From positions 10,057 to 74,056 of the forward strand of contig MNUR01000126.1 of assembly GCA_001871115.1 (NCBI GenBank): a stretch of DNA of 64,000 bases, given 5' to 3'. Source of the stretch: Elusimicrobia bacterium CG1_02_56_21 (lineage in GTDB: Bacteria; Elusimicrobiota; Elusimicrobia; Elusimicrobiales; UBA9959). The notes below the pieces were generated by a model, which worked only from the letters and a program-made list of their open reading frames with translations, searched no databases and was not told the origin of the DNA. A program made the position numbers and the translations under genes. Positions 28,468 to 37,054 of the stretch are shown here, piece after piece. How positions within the stretch are numbered: the stretch's first letter is position 1; the number at the start of each line of letters is the position of its first letter.

Positions 28468-29442
28468 ATGAAAAAACTCATCATTATCCTTGTGGCTGCG
28501 GCGCTGGCCGGGGGCGGCTGGTATTTTTATAAAAAGAAAAATGTTAATTCCGGCCCCAGGTACCTAACCGTGGAGCCCGAGCTCAGGGACCTTTCCGAAG
28601 TTGTCGATACCACCGGGGCGGTGGAACCCGAGAACCGGGTTGAGATACAGCCTTCTTCCTCCGGCCGGATAGAAGAGATACTGGCGGAGGAGGGCGACGC
28701 TATACAGGCCGGAGACGTGCTGGCCCTGATGAGCTCTTCCGACCGGGTGGCCATATTGGACGCTGCCCGGGCCGCGGGCGACGCGGAGTACGCTCAGTGG
28801 AAGGAAACTTACAAACCGATAAAGATAATTTCCCCCATAAGCGGTACCCTGATACTTAAAAATATCGTGCCGGGGCAGACGGTGAACTCCGGGACCGCGC
28901 TGTTCGCTATTTCCGACAAGCTGATAGTTTCCGCCAGCCTCGACGAGTCCGACATCGGCAAAGTGAAGATAGGGCAGCAGGCTACCCTGATCCTGGACGC
29001 ATATCCGGACAAGCAGGTGCGCGGAAAGGTCTATAAGATATTGGACGAGGGAACTACCAGGAACAATGTTGTTACCTATACGGTGAAACTGCGCCCCGAG
29101 CGGGTTCCCCCTTTCTTCCGCTCGCAGATGACCGCCAATATAAAGATACGCATTTCGGAGCGCAAAAATATCCTCCTGCTGCCGGGCACGGCGGTCACTA
29201 CCACCCCCCAGGGGCAGACCGCGGTAATAAAAGAACTCAAAGACGGGCTGCCGGTTTACGCTATTGTAGTGACGGGGCAGAACGAGGGCGGCCAGGTGGA
29301 GATAGTTTCCGGCCTGGAAGAGGGGGAATCCGTGTATTACCAGCGGAAAAAGTATTCGGCCCAGCAGGATTCCTCCGGGACCAACCCTCTGATGCCGTCC
29401 AGGCTTAAAATGCCCCGCGGGGCCGGCAGGGCGCTGCGTTAA
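28468..29442 (+). CDS. macA: efflux periplasmic adaptor (HlyD/MacA family)
   Basis: 324 aa with an N-terminal TM anchor, a lipoyl-like GDAIQAGDVLALM motif and a beta-barrel C-terminal region. Sits between the TolC-like and MacB-like genes. Confidence 0.8.
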   Translation: MKKLIIILVAAALAGGGWYFYKKKNVNSGPRYLTVEPELRDLSEVVDTTGAVEPENRVEIQPSSSGRIEEILAEEGDAIQAGDVLALMSSSDRVAILDAARAAGDAEYAQWKETYKPIKIISPISGTLILKNIVPGQTVNSGTALFAISDKLIVSASLDESDIGKVKIGQQATLILDAYPDKQVRGKVYKILDEGTTRNNVVTYTVKLRPERVPPFFRSQMTANIKIRISERKNILLLPGTAVTTTPQGQTAVIKELKDGLPVYAIVVTGQNEGGQVEIVSGLEEGESVYYQRKKYSAQQDSSGTNPLMPSRLKMPRGAGRALR

Positions 29443-29444
29443 AT

Positions 29445-29537
29445 TGAGGGCTGGAGGATCGGAAGACCGGAGGACCGGCTTTTCGGGGAGTTCTTTGTTC
29501 GCTAATCTTCTGATCGTCCAATCTTCAAGTCCTCAGG
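29445..29537 (+). repeat. GGAGGA/GGAAGAC hairpin repeat, copy 3
   Basis: Left arm TGAGGGCTGGAGGATCGGAAGACCGGAGGACCGG. Right arm CTAATCTTCTGATCGTCCAATCTTCAAGTCCTCAGG. Hand alignment of 34 positions gives 23 Watson-Crick pairs, 5 G:U pairs and 6 mismatches. Confidence 0.55.
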
Positions 29538-29543
29538 AAAATT

Positions 29544-31493
29544 ATGATCGAACTTAAAGGTATTAAAAAGGTTTACCGGATGGGCGACGAGCCGCTTAAG
29601 ATACTTAAGGGCGTGGACCTGTCCGTTAAAGAAGGCGAGTTCGTGGCTATCATGGGCCCGTCCGGCTCCGGTAAATCAACCCTGATGCATATCCTCGGTC
29701 TGCTGGACAGGCCTACCTCCGGCTCCTATAAGCTTTTCGGCAGGGAGATCTCCGAACTCAAAGACGTGGAACTGTCCTATCTGCGGGCGCGCGTCCTCGG
29801 TTTCGTCTTCCAGCAGTTCAATTTGCTGCCCCGTATAACCGCCGCGGCCAACGTGGCCCTCCCGCAGATCTATCTCGGGGAGAAGGCCCGGCCGCATGAA
29901 GCCGCAAAATATCTCGAGCAGGTGGGCCTGGCCGACCGCACCGGCCATAAACCCAACCAGCTTTCCGGGGGCCAGCAGCAGCGCGTCGCTATCGCCCGCT
30001 CGCTGGTCAATGATCCCAGGATAATTTTCGCTGACGAGCCTACCGGCAATTTGGCCTCTGACCAGTCCAACGAGATAATGGGGATATTCCGCAAGCTCAA
30101 CGAGCGCGGGATCACGGTAGTGATAGTCACCCATGAGCCCGATATCGCCGCCTGCGCCGACCGCATAATAAAGCTGAAGGACGGCCTGATCATAGAGGAC
30201 ACCGGCAGGAAGGCCCCGCTCAAGGTAAAAGAAGAGCAGACCCGCCTGCGCATCCCTAAAAGTTTTCTTCTGAGCCGGCGTGAAGTGGCCGAGAACCTGG
30301 CTTCTTCGGTAAGCTCCATAATAAGCAATAAGACACGTTCTCTGCTCACTATGCTGGGCATAATTATCGGCGTAGGCGCGCTTATAGCCATGCTCGCTGT
30401 CGGCGCCGGGGCCCAGCGGTCCATACAGAAGCAGATGGCCTCGCTCGGAACGAATCTGCTGGCCGTGATGCCGGGGATGTTCCGGCAGGGCGGAGCCGGC
30501 CTCGGCGCCGGGGCGGTCAGCCGCCTTACCCCCGAGGACGCCGCGGCGATCTCCGCCCGGATAGAGAATATAACCAGGGTGGACTCCAATGTTTCGGGCA
30601 ATGCCCAGGTGGCATACGGCTCTAAGAACCAGCGCACTAATATTACCGGCGTTACCGCTGTTTACGCCTCTATGCGCAATGCCCAGCCGTATTACGGCCG
30701 GTTCTTTTCCTACGGGGAGGATGCGCGGCTGGCAAAAGTTGCCCTTGTGGGAAATACCGTGGTTAAAGAGCTCTTCGGGGGAGAGAACCCGGTAGGAAAG
30801 ACCATCAAGATAGACCGGAAAAACTTTACTGTAATAGGAGTCCTGCCCCTGAAGGGGGCCCAGGGCCCGCGCGACCGGGACGACGTGGTCATAGTTCCGC
30901 TCCAGACCGCGATGAAAGTGGTCCTGGGAAAAGATTTTCTCAATTCGGTCTGGGTGGAAGTGGCTGACTTTACGCTTATGCCCAAGGTGCAGGAGGACAT
31001 AAAGGCCCTGATGCGCCGGCGGCATAATCTGCCCGCCCATAAAGACGACGACGTGATGCTGATGAATATGGCCGAGATGCAGACCATGCTGACCGGGACC
31101 ATAAAGACCTTCAGCACCCTGCTCGGGATGATAGCGGGGATCTCGCTTATCGTCGGCGGGATAGGCATAATGAATATCATGCTGGTAAGCGTAAGCGAGC
31201 GGACCAGGGAGATAGGCCTGCGCAAGGCTATAGGAGCTAGCAGCCGGGCCGTGCTCCTGCAATTTTTAATAGAGGCCGTGATCGTTTCCGTGCTGGGCGG
31301 AGTGATAGGGATAATAGCCGGAGCGGCCAGCTCCCTGATGCTCTCAAAGCTTTCCGGCTGGGCTGTCTATATCTCCCCGTTCTCGGTGGCCCTGGCCTTC
31401 GGGTTTTCCGCCGGGGTCGGTATCGTTTTCGGCTTCTGGCCGGCTAAGAAGGCCTCCCTGCTTTCCCCTATAGACGCTCTCCGGTACGAATAA
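29544..31493 (+). CDS. macB: MacB-type ABC transporter, fused ATPase and FtsX-like permease
   Basis: Walker A GPSGSGKST, signature LSGGQQQRVAIARSL and Walker B IIFADEPTGNL. C-terminal 4-TM FtsX domain. Confidence 0.9.
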   Translation: MIELKGIKKVYRMGDEPLKILKGVDLSVKEGEFVAIMGPSGSGKSTLMHILGLLDRPTSGSYKLFGREISELKDVELSYLRARVLGFVFQQFNLLPRITAAANVALPQIYLGEKARPHEAAKYLEQVGLADRTGHKPNQLSGGQQQRVAIARSLVNDPRIIFADEPTGNLASDQSNEIMGIFRKLNERGITVVIVTHEPDIAACADRIIKLKDGLIIEDTGRKAPLKVKEEQTRLRIPKSFLLSRREVAENLASSVSSIISNKTRSLLTMLGIIIGVGALIAMLAVGAGAQRSIQKQMASLGTNLLAVMPGMFRQGGAGLGAGAVSRLTPEDAAAISARIENITRVDSNVSGNAQVAYGSKNQRTNITGVTAVYASMRNAQPYYGRFFSYGEDARLAKVALVGNTVVKELFGGENPVGKTIKIDRKNFTVIGVLPLKGAQGPRDRDDVVIVPLQTAMKVVLGKDFLNSVWVEVADFTLMPKVQEDIKALMRRRHNLPAHKDDDVMLMNMAEMQTMLTGTIKTFSTLLGMIAGISLIVGGIGIMNIMLVSVSERTREIGLRKAIGASSRAVLLQFLIEAVIVSVLGGVIGIIAGAASSLMLSKLSGWAVYISPFSVALAFGFSAGVGIVFGFWPAKKASLLSPIDALRYE

Positions 31494-31634
31494 TTTAGTA
31501 CTATATGACTTCCGCCCTGCAGCTTTACAGCCGGACTGCCAGGCAGCCGGACGGATTTTCAAGGTTCACGGACCTTTTGGCGGTCCAGCCACCCGGCTGT
31601 CCCGCCGCCTAGCTTAAGTATCCGGAGGTTTCCC

Positions 31635-32036
31635 ATGGTAAGCGTTCTTGTTAAATGTCCTCATTGCAATAAGTCACTCATGAATTCCAAAAAGAAGCTG
31701 GACAATGCTCCCTCTATCGAGGTCAACCTGACCTATGCGGGTAAGCACGGGCCGCTTTATATGAGCTCCCTTTACGGCAGCTTCCTCGTCGAGACCGATC
31801 TCAGCATGCCCACAGGCAAGGTGGCCGGTTTCCGCTGCCCTCACTGCAAGGCGGACCTGAAGAGCACCCGCAAATGCGATGCCTGCGGCTCCCAGATGAT
31901 AGCTTTTGAGCTGAAAGCCGGAGGCCAGGTGCAAATCTGCTCCCGCCGCGGCTGCAAAAAGCATGTCCTTGAATTCCAGGATGCCGACAGCGAACTGCAG
32001 GCTTTCTATAATTCATACCTTAAAGCGCTTAAGTAA
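31635..32036 (+). CDS. Cys-rich zinc-ribbon protein (unknown function)
   Basis: GGAGG lies 8 nt upstream of the ATG. Three CxxC pairs (CPHCNKS, CPHCKAD, CDACGSQ) plus CSRRGC. Confidence 0.55.
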   Translation: MVSVLVKCPHCNKSLMNSKKKLDNAPSIEVNLTYAGKHGPLYMSSLYGSFLVETDLSMPTGKVAGFRCPHCKADLKSTRKCDACGSQMIAFELKAGGQVQICSRRGCKKHVLEFQDADSELQAFYNSYLKALK

Positions 32037-32126
32037 TAACCGGGGTGTAATGGCAAAGGCGCAAAGTTGCAAGGAAAACCTTCGCTTTACGCCTCTGTGC
32101 CTTTGTGCCGGCTGACTGGTAGACCT

Positions 32127-32876
32127 ATGGCGGAAAAAGAGCCAGGAACCTCCAATTACGCACGCAAACTGCTTGCTTTTCTGTCCCTGCTACTGATGGG
32201 AGCCGGGGTTTGGTATTTTATTTACGGCCGTACGGTGGGGTCTATAACATATCCGGAGGCGGCGCCCGAGATTGCGGCTTTTAAGCAGTCCTCTCCTGCT
32301 CCTGCTCCTGCTTTGACGGCGGTACCGGCCGCTGTCCGCCTCCCCGAAGCCTATAACCCGAAGCTGGGGATAGATATCCAGGGCCCGCCGGAGTTTGTCA
32401 GCCAGGTAACGCATGCGCTTAAACTGATCTGGATGGCCGACCGGGAAACCTTTCTTTTCCTCAAGAAGAACATTTCGGTGATCCGGAATGAGACCCAGAC
32501 CGGATTTTATATAGAGAACGGGCTCCCGGTGGCCGCTCTCTCCAAGGCCCAGGCTTTTCGCTCCCTTACCTGGTGCGCGGGCATACTGGCCCACCAGGGC
32601 TGGCACGCCTGGTATACGATGACGAAGAACAGGAAGAGCCGCCCCGCGCCGCCGCTGCCGGGCGATAAAGACGAGCGGGAAATGGACATTAACCCGGCCC
32701 GTTTCGACTATAAAGGGCTGAACGCGATCCTGTATATTGAGGACAGGGCCTCCGCTTTTCAGCTGACAGTGCTTAAGAAGGTCGGGGCTCCCTACAGGGA
32801 AACAAACCCCGTAGCCCGCCGCGGCCCGCGGGATTTCCAGTATGCCCACGACGGCAACTACGCTTTAAACCCGTGA
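32127..32876 (+). CDS. membrane-anchored protein (unknown function)
   Basis: ORF 32067..32876 starts at TTG and was trimmed to the ATG at 32127 (MAEKEPG...). One TM helix (LLAFLSLLLMGAGVWYFIYG). Its stop overlaps the dus start. Confidence 0.5.
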   Translation: MAEKEPGTSNYARKLLAFLSLLLMGAGVWYFIYGRTVGSITYPEAAPEIAAFKQSSPAPAPALTAVPAAVRLPEAYNPKLGIDIQGPPEFVSQVTHALKLIWMADRETFLFLKKNISVIRNETQTGFYIENGLPVAALSKAQAFRSLTWCAGILAHQGWHAWYTMTKNRKSRPAPPLPGDKDEREMDINPARFDYKGLNAILYIEDRASAFQLTVLKKVGAPYRETNPVARRGPRDFQYAHDGNYALNP

Positions 32877-33847
32877 CACAGAAACTTCTGCGCCCCCTTG
32901 CGATAGGCGGTGTAAACCTTAAGAACAATCTTGCGCTGGCCCCTATGGCCGGCATTACCAACGCCGCCTTCAGGATTCTTGCCGCAGAAGGGGGGGCGGG
33001 GCTGGTGGTCACCGAGATGGTTTCCGCCGAAAGCATTAAATACGGCAATAAAAAATCTTTCCGGATGCTTGAGCTGCTGCCGGGCGAGCACCCGGCCGCG
33101 ATACAGGTTTTCGGGGCCGACCCGGCCTCCATGGCGCTGGCCGCGCAGGCCGCGGAGCGCGCCGGGGCCGATATCGTGGATATCAACGCCGGCTGTCCGG
33201 TGAAAAAAGTTCTGCGTTCCGGCGCGGGCGCCGCGCTGATGAAAACCCCGCAGCTGCTGGCGGATATAATAGCGAGCATGGTAAAAAGCGTAAAAATCCC
33301 GGTTACGGTCAAATTCCGCATAGGTCTCTCCCCGGCTGAAAATCTCGGCCCGCTGCTGGCCCGGGTCTGCGAAGAAGCGGGCGCCTCGGCCATAACCCTG
33401 CACGGCAGGTTCGCCGCCCAGGTGCATTCCGGCCCGGTGAACCTGGCCGCGATGGCTGAAACGGCCGCAGCCGTAAAGATCCCTGTTTTCGGGAACGGGG
33501 GGGTGGCCGGTGCGGACAGCGCGCGGGCTATGCTGGAAGCCGGCTGCGCCGGTATCGGCATAGGTCGGGCCGCGGTATTTAATCCCGCAATTTTCGCCGA
33601 GATCTCGGCCGGGCTTTCCGGAGGTTCCGCCGTGGCCGTGGCCCCTGCCGCAAGGATCGTTCTTTTTCTCCGCTTCCTCGAGCTGAATGCCGGCATCTAC
33701 GGAGAGGAGCACGGAATGGCGCGCGCCCGCAAGCTGGTGGGTTACTGGCTGAAGGGGCTGCCGAACGCCTCCGGGGCCAGGGGGGCTTTTATGAAGCTGA
33801 AAACCCTTAAAGAGGCCGAGGCCCTTTTGATACAATATACTAAGTAG
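32873..33847 (+). CDS. tRNA-dihydrouridine synthase
   Basis: LAPMAGITN and DINAGCPVKKV (catalytic Cys) motifs of the Dus family. GTG start. Confidence 0.85.
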   Translation: MTQKLLRPLAIGGVNLKNNLALAPMAGITNAAFRILAAEGGAGLVVTEMVSAESIKYGNKKSFRMLELLPGEHPAAIQVFGADPASMALAAQAAERAGADIVDINAGCPVKKVLRSGAGAALMKTPQLLADIIASMVKSVKIPVTVKFRIGLSPAENLGPLLARVCEEAGASAITLHGRFAAQVHSGPVNLAAMAETAAAVKIPVFGNGGVAGADSARAMLEAGCAGIGIGRAAVFNPAIFAEISAGLSGGSAVAVAPAARIVLFLRFLELNAGIYGEEHGMARARKLVGYWLKGLPNASGARGAFMKLKTLKEAEALLIQYTK

Positions 33848-33948
33848 CTTTATGCGAATGGCGCCGGCGGATCACCGCAAATGCAAAATTCAATTCGCAT
33901 TATTGCGGTTCCGCAATTACCTACCCCATTCGCAGCAGCCCCAGATTT

Positions 33949-36528
33949 ATGTCCCAACAACAGATAGAAACCCCCGAAACCCCCCTTATGCAGCAGTACC
34001 AGTCGCTTAAAAGCGACTACCCCCACGCTCTTCTTTTTTTCAGGCTGGGCGACTTCTACGAAATGTTCTTTGACGACGCCCGGACGGCCAGTTCCGAACT
34101 AGGGCTCACCCTTACCGCCAGGCAGGGCGTGCCTATGTGCGGGGTTCCCCACCACGCAGCCTCCAACTATATTTACCGGCTCCTCGGCGCCGGCCACAAA
34201 GTGGCGATCTGCGAGCAGGTGGCTCCGGGCGGGGACGCGAAAAAAGCCAAGCTCTTCAAGCGCGAGGTCGTCAGGCTTATAACCCCCGGAACCGTGGTGG
34301 AGGACGAGCTGCTGCAGCCGAGGGCTTCAAGGTACCTGGTTTCCCTTAATTTGGATATCGTAGGCTGGGGCCTTTCTTCCTTCGACGCTTCTACCGGTGA
34401 TTTCACCGCCACGCAGAACCTTAACGATCCCGACCTTTACCAGCTGTTGTCTTTTGTTTCCAAAACCGGCCCCGCTGAAATACTTGCCGATCCCCGCACG
34501 GTAAAAGAGATCGCGAAGCGCGGCCTGGATTTCGGAGGCGTGCCGATAACGGAATATGACAGGCCCGGCTCCGCCCGGCCCGCCTGGGCGGCGCAGGCCG
34601 TGTGGCAGAACCATAAGCTGGCCCTGGAAACCGCGCTGACGGTCACCGCTTACGCGCGCCAGACCCAGCCCGGGCTTAAAGAAGTCTTTTCACCTTTCTA
34701 CTACGAGCCAGCCAACCGCCTGCAGCTCGACGAATCCGCTATAAAGACGCTGGAGCTGGTCGCCACGCCGGACGGTGACGATTCCAAGACGCTCTGGGGC
34801 GTGCTGGACCTTGCAAAAACCTCCATGGGATCGCGCCTGCTCAAACGCTGGATACTTGAGCCGCTGACCGATATGCGCGAGATACTTTCCCGCCAGGCCT
34901 TTACCGCCTTCCTCGCCGAGAACCGGGAGCCCAGGGAGCAGCTGTGCGATATCCTGGCCCAGGTCCCGGACGTGGAGCGGCTCCTTGGCCGCGTGATAAA
35001 CTTAAGCGCCTCCCCGCGCGACCTGGCGGCCGTGCGTAAAGCCCTGGGGCAGCTGCCCAGGCTTAAACTGCTTTTAAGCTCCGCCGGTTTCTTTGAATGC
35101 GCCCCCGAGCTGGCCTCGCGCCTGGACGGAGTTTCCCACGCGCTCAACGGCCTGCGCTTCAAGCTTGAAAAAGACCTGGCCGAGACCCCCCCCGCGCGCC
35201 TGTCGGACGGCGGCGTGATGCGGGAAGGGGCGAGCCACGAGCTCGACGAGCTGCGCTCGGTCCGCAGGGACAGCCAGAAGCTGCTTACCGACATTGAGCA
35301 GCGCGAAAGGGAAAAAACCGGGATCAACACCCTGAAGGTAGGTTATAACGGGGTATTCGGTTATTATATAGAAGTGTCCAAGGCCCAGGCGCATAAAGTC
35401 CCTCATTATTTCGTGCGCAAGCAGACCCTGGTCAACGCCGAGCGGTATATCACCGAGGAACTGAAGGCGCTGGAGAACAAGATACTCGGCGCCGAAGAGA
35501 AGATGTCAAAACTGGAGAACCATCTTTTCGGAGAGCTGCGCGAGACGGTGCGGGCCTCCCTGGGCGAGATAAAGGCCTTCGCCACCGGCGCGGCCGAGCT
35601 TGATGTTTTTTATTCGCTTGCTGAAAGCGCCGTGCGCTACGAATTTATCAGGCCCCGGATAAACTCCGGGGATGTCCTTAAAATAGAGGAGGGGCGCCAC
35701 CCGACGGTAGAGCGCTTTCTCCCGGCCGGGGCCTTTGTGCCCAACGACCTGGAGATAGGCGGCCGCGAAACGCGCGTGATAATACTTACCGGCCCCAATA
35801 TGAGCGGCAAGAGCGTCTACCTGCGCCAGGCCGCCGTGGCGGTGATCATGGCCCAGATCGGTTCTTTCGTCCCCGCGCGTTCCGCCGAGATAGGGATAAC
35901 GGACCGCATAATGACCCGGATAGGCGCGCAGGACCGGATGGCCCGCGGCGAGTCCACTTTTATGGTGGAAATGAGGGAGACCTCCGCAATAATGCGGCTT
36001 GCTACGCCTAAAAGCCTGATACTCCTCGACGAGGTCGGCCGCGGAACTTCCACTTTTGACGGGATCTCCATAGCCTGGGCCGTGGTGGAGCATCTCTATA
36101 AGCCGGAGGGCGGCCCGAGGGTCCTGTTCGCCACCCATTATTTCGAGCTTACCGAGCTGGCCGATAAATTTGAAGGGATCAAGAACTGCAATATAGCCGT
36201 GAAAGAGTGGACCAACGCCCTCGGCAAGACGGAAGTGGTTTTTCTGCACAGGATCGGCTCCGGGCCCGCAGATAAATCTTACGGTATACACGTGGCCCAG
36301 CTGGCCGGTCTCCCTGAATCGGCGATAGCGCGCGCCCGGGAGATACTGCATATCCTGGAGACCAAGGGGAATATCCAGGTAGATTCAAATTACGAAGATC
36401 AGACCCCCATGCTGCCCATTTTCTCCAGCCATCCCGTGCTGGACGAAGTTAAAATGTGCGATACGGACAATATGACCCCGCTGCAGGCCCTGGCCGCGAT
36501 AGGCGATTGGAAAAAACGGCTTAAGTAG
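33949..36528 (+). CDS. mutS: DNA mismatch repair protein MutS
   Basis: TPLMQQY, GDFYEMF, Walker A GPNMSGKS and DEVGRGTST. 859 aa. Confidence 0.95.
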   Translation: MSQQQIETPETPLMQQYQSLKSDYPHALLFFRLGDFYEMFFDDARTASSELGLTLTARQGVPMCGVPHHAASNYIYRLLGAGHKVAICEQVAPGGDAKKAKLFKREVVRLITPGTVVEDELLQPRASRYLVSLNLDIVGWGLSSFDASTGDFTATQNLNDPDLYQLLSFVSKTGPAEILADPRTVKEIAKRGLDFGGVPITEYDRPGSARPAWAAQAVWQNHKLALETALTVTAYARQTQPGLKEVFSPFYYEPANRLQLDESAIKTLELVATPDGDDSKTLWGVLDLAKTSMGSRLLKRWILEPLTDMREILSRQAFTAFLAENREPREQLCDILAQVPDVERLLGRVINLSASPRDLAAVRKALGQLPRLKLLLSSAGFFECAPELASRLDGVSHALNGLRFKLEKDLAETPPARLSDGGVMREGASHELDELRSVRRDSQKLLTDIEQREREKTGINTLKVGYNGVFGYYIEVSKAQAHKVPHYFVRKQTLVNAERYITEELKALENKILGAEEKMSKLENHLFGELRETVRASLGEIKAFATGAAELDVFYSLAESAVRYEFIRPRINSGDVLKIEEGRHPTVERFLPAGAFVPNDLEIGGRETRVIILTGPNMSGKSVYLRQAAVAVIMAQIGSFVPARSAEIGITDRIMTRIGAQDRMARGESTFMVEMRETSAIMRLATPKSLILLDEVGRGTSTFDGISIAWAVVEHLYKPEGGPRVLFATHYFELTELADKFEGIKNCNIAVKEWTNALGKTEVVFLHRIGSGPADKSYGIHVAQLAGLPESAIARAREILHILETKGNIQVDSNYEDQTPMLPIFSSHPVLDEVKMCDTDNMTPLQALAAIGDWKKRLK

Positions 36529-36575
36529 CGCCCCGGTCCGGGCCCGCCGCGAAGAAACCAGGGAGACAAGAATAT

Positions 36576-36884
36576 ATGAAGGCTTTAAATTCCCTCCTGT
36601 CCCTGATGGGCGGTCTGGGAGTTTTCCTGCTCGGCATAGAGATAATCAGCGAGGGCCTTCAGAAGACGGCCGGGCCCAGGCTGCGCAGGATCCTCCCGCT
36701 TGCCGCCGGCAACAGGGTGGCCGCGATATTTTCCGGTTTCTCCATTACCGCGCTTCTTCAGTCATCGAGCGCTGCTGCCGTGATGGCGGTCGGCTTCGCC
36801 AGCGCCGGACTGCTGACGCTCACCCGGTCCCTCGGCTTGATATGCGGGGCCGAGTACGGGGCCCCGGGCAGCGCAGCCGCGTAG
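36576..36884 (+). pseudogene. N-terminal remnant of a Na/Pi-cotransporter-family (PF02690-like) gene
   Basis: The 102 aa LLSLMGGLGVFLLGIEIISEGLQKTAGPRLRRIL...ALLQSSSAAAVMAVGFASAGLLTL match the first repeat of roughly 540-aa Na/Pi cotransporters as I remember them. The frame ends after GLICGAEYGAPGSAAA. Confidence 0.55.
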
Positions 36885-37054
36885 GCGCAAGCGCCTGCCT
36901 GTGCCGCGGCCGGCCCGGAGTAAAGCGGGGCGGCAGAGTAAAAAGCGTTAATCCAGTTCTTTCCTTTGTCCATAGTGCCTACAATAAATATGGCCCTATG
37001 GCCCATACGCTCAGCCCGGATACTTATTATAATCTAAGGGCACAAGGAGACTCA

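Noticed and set aside
25697-29537. Whether the GGAGGA/GGAAGAC repeats could be a degenerate CRISPR array
   Set aside because: There are only three copies. They are separated by whole genes rather than regular 30-40 nt spacers, they are not identical in length or sequence, and no cas genes are present.
36842-37054. N-terminal 71-codon extension of the repeat-protein ORF (MRGRVRGPGQRSRVGASACLC...)
   Set aside because: It overlaps the end of the Na/Pi remnant and is Arg/Gly-rich. The internal ATG at 37055 is preceded by AAGGAG and immediately yields a canonical signal peptide.
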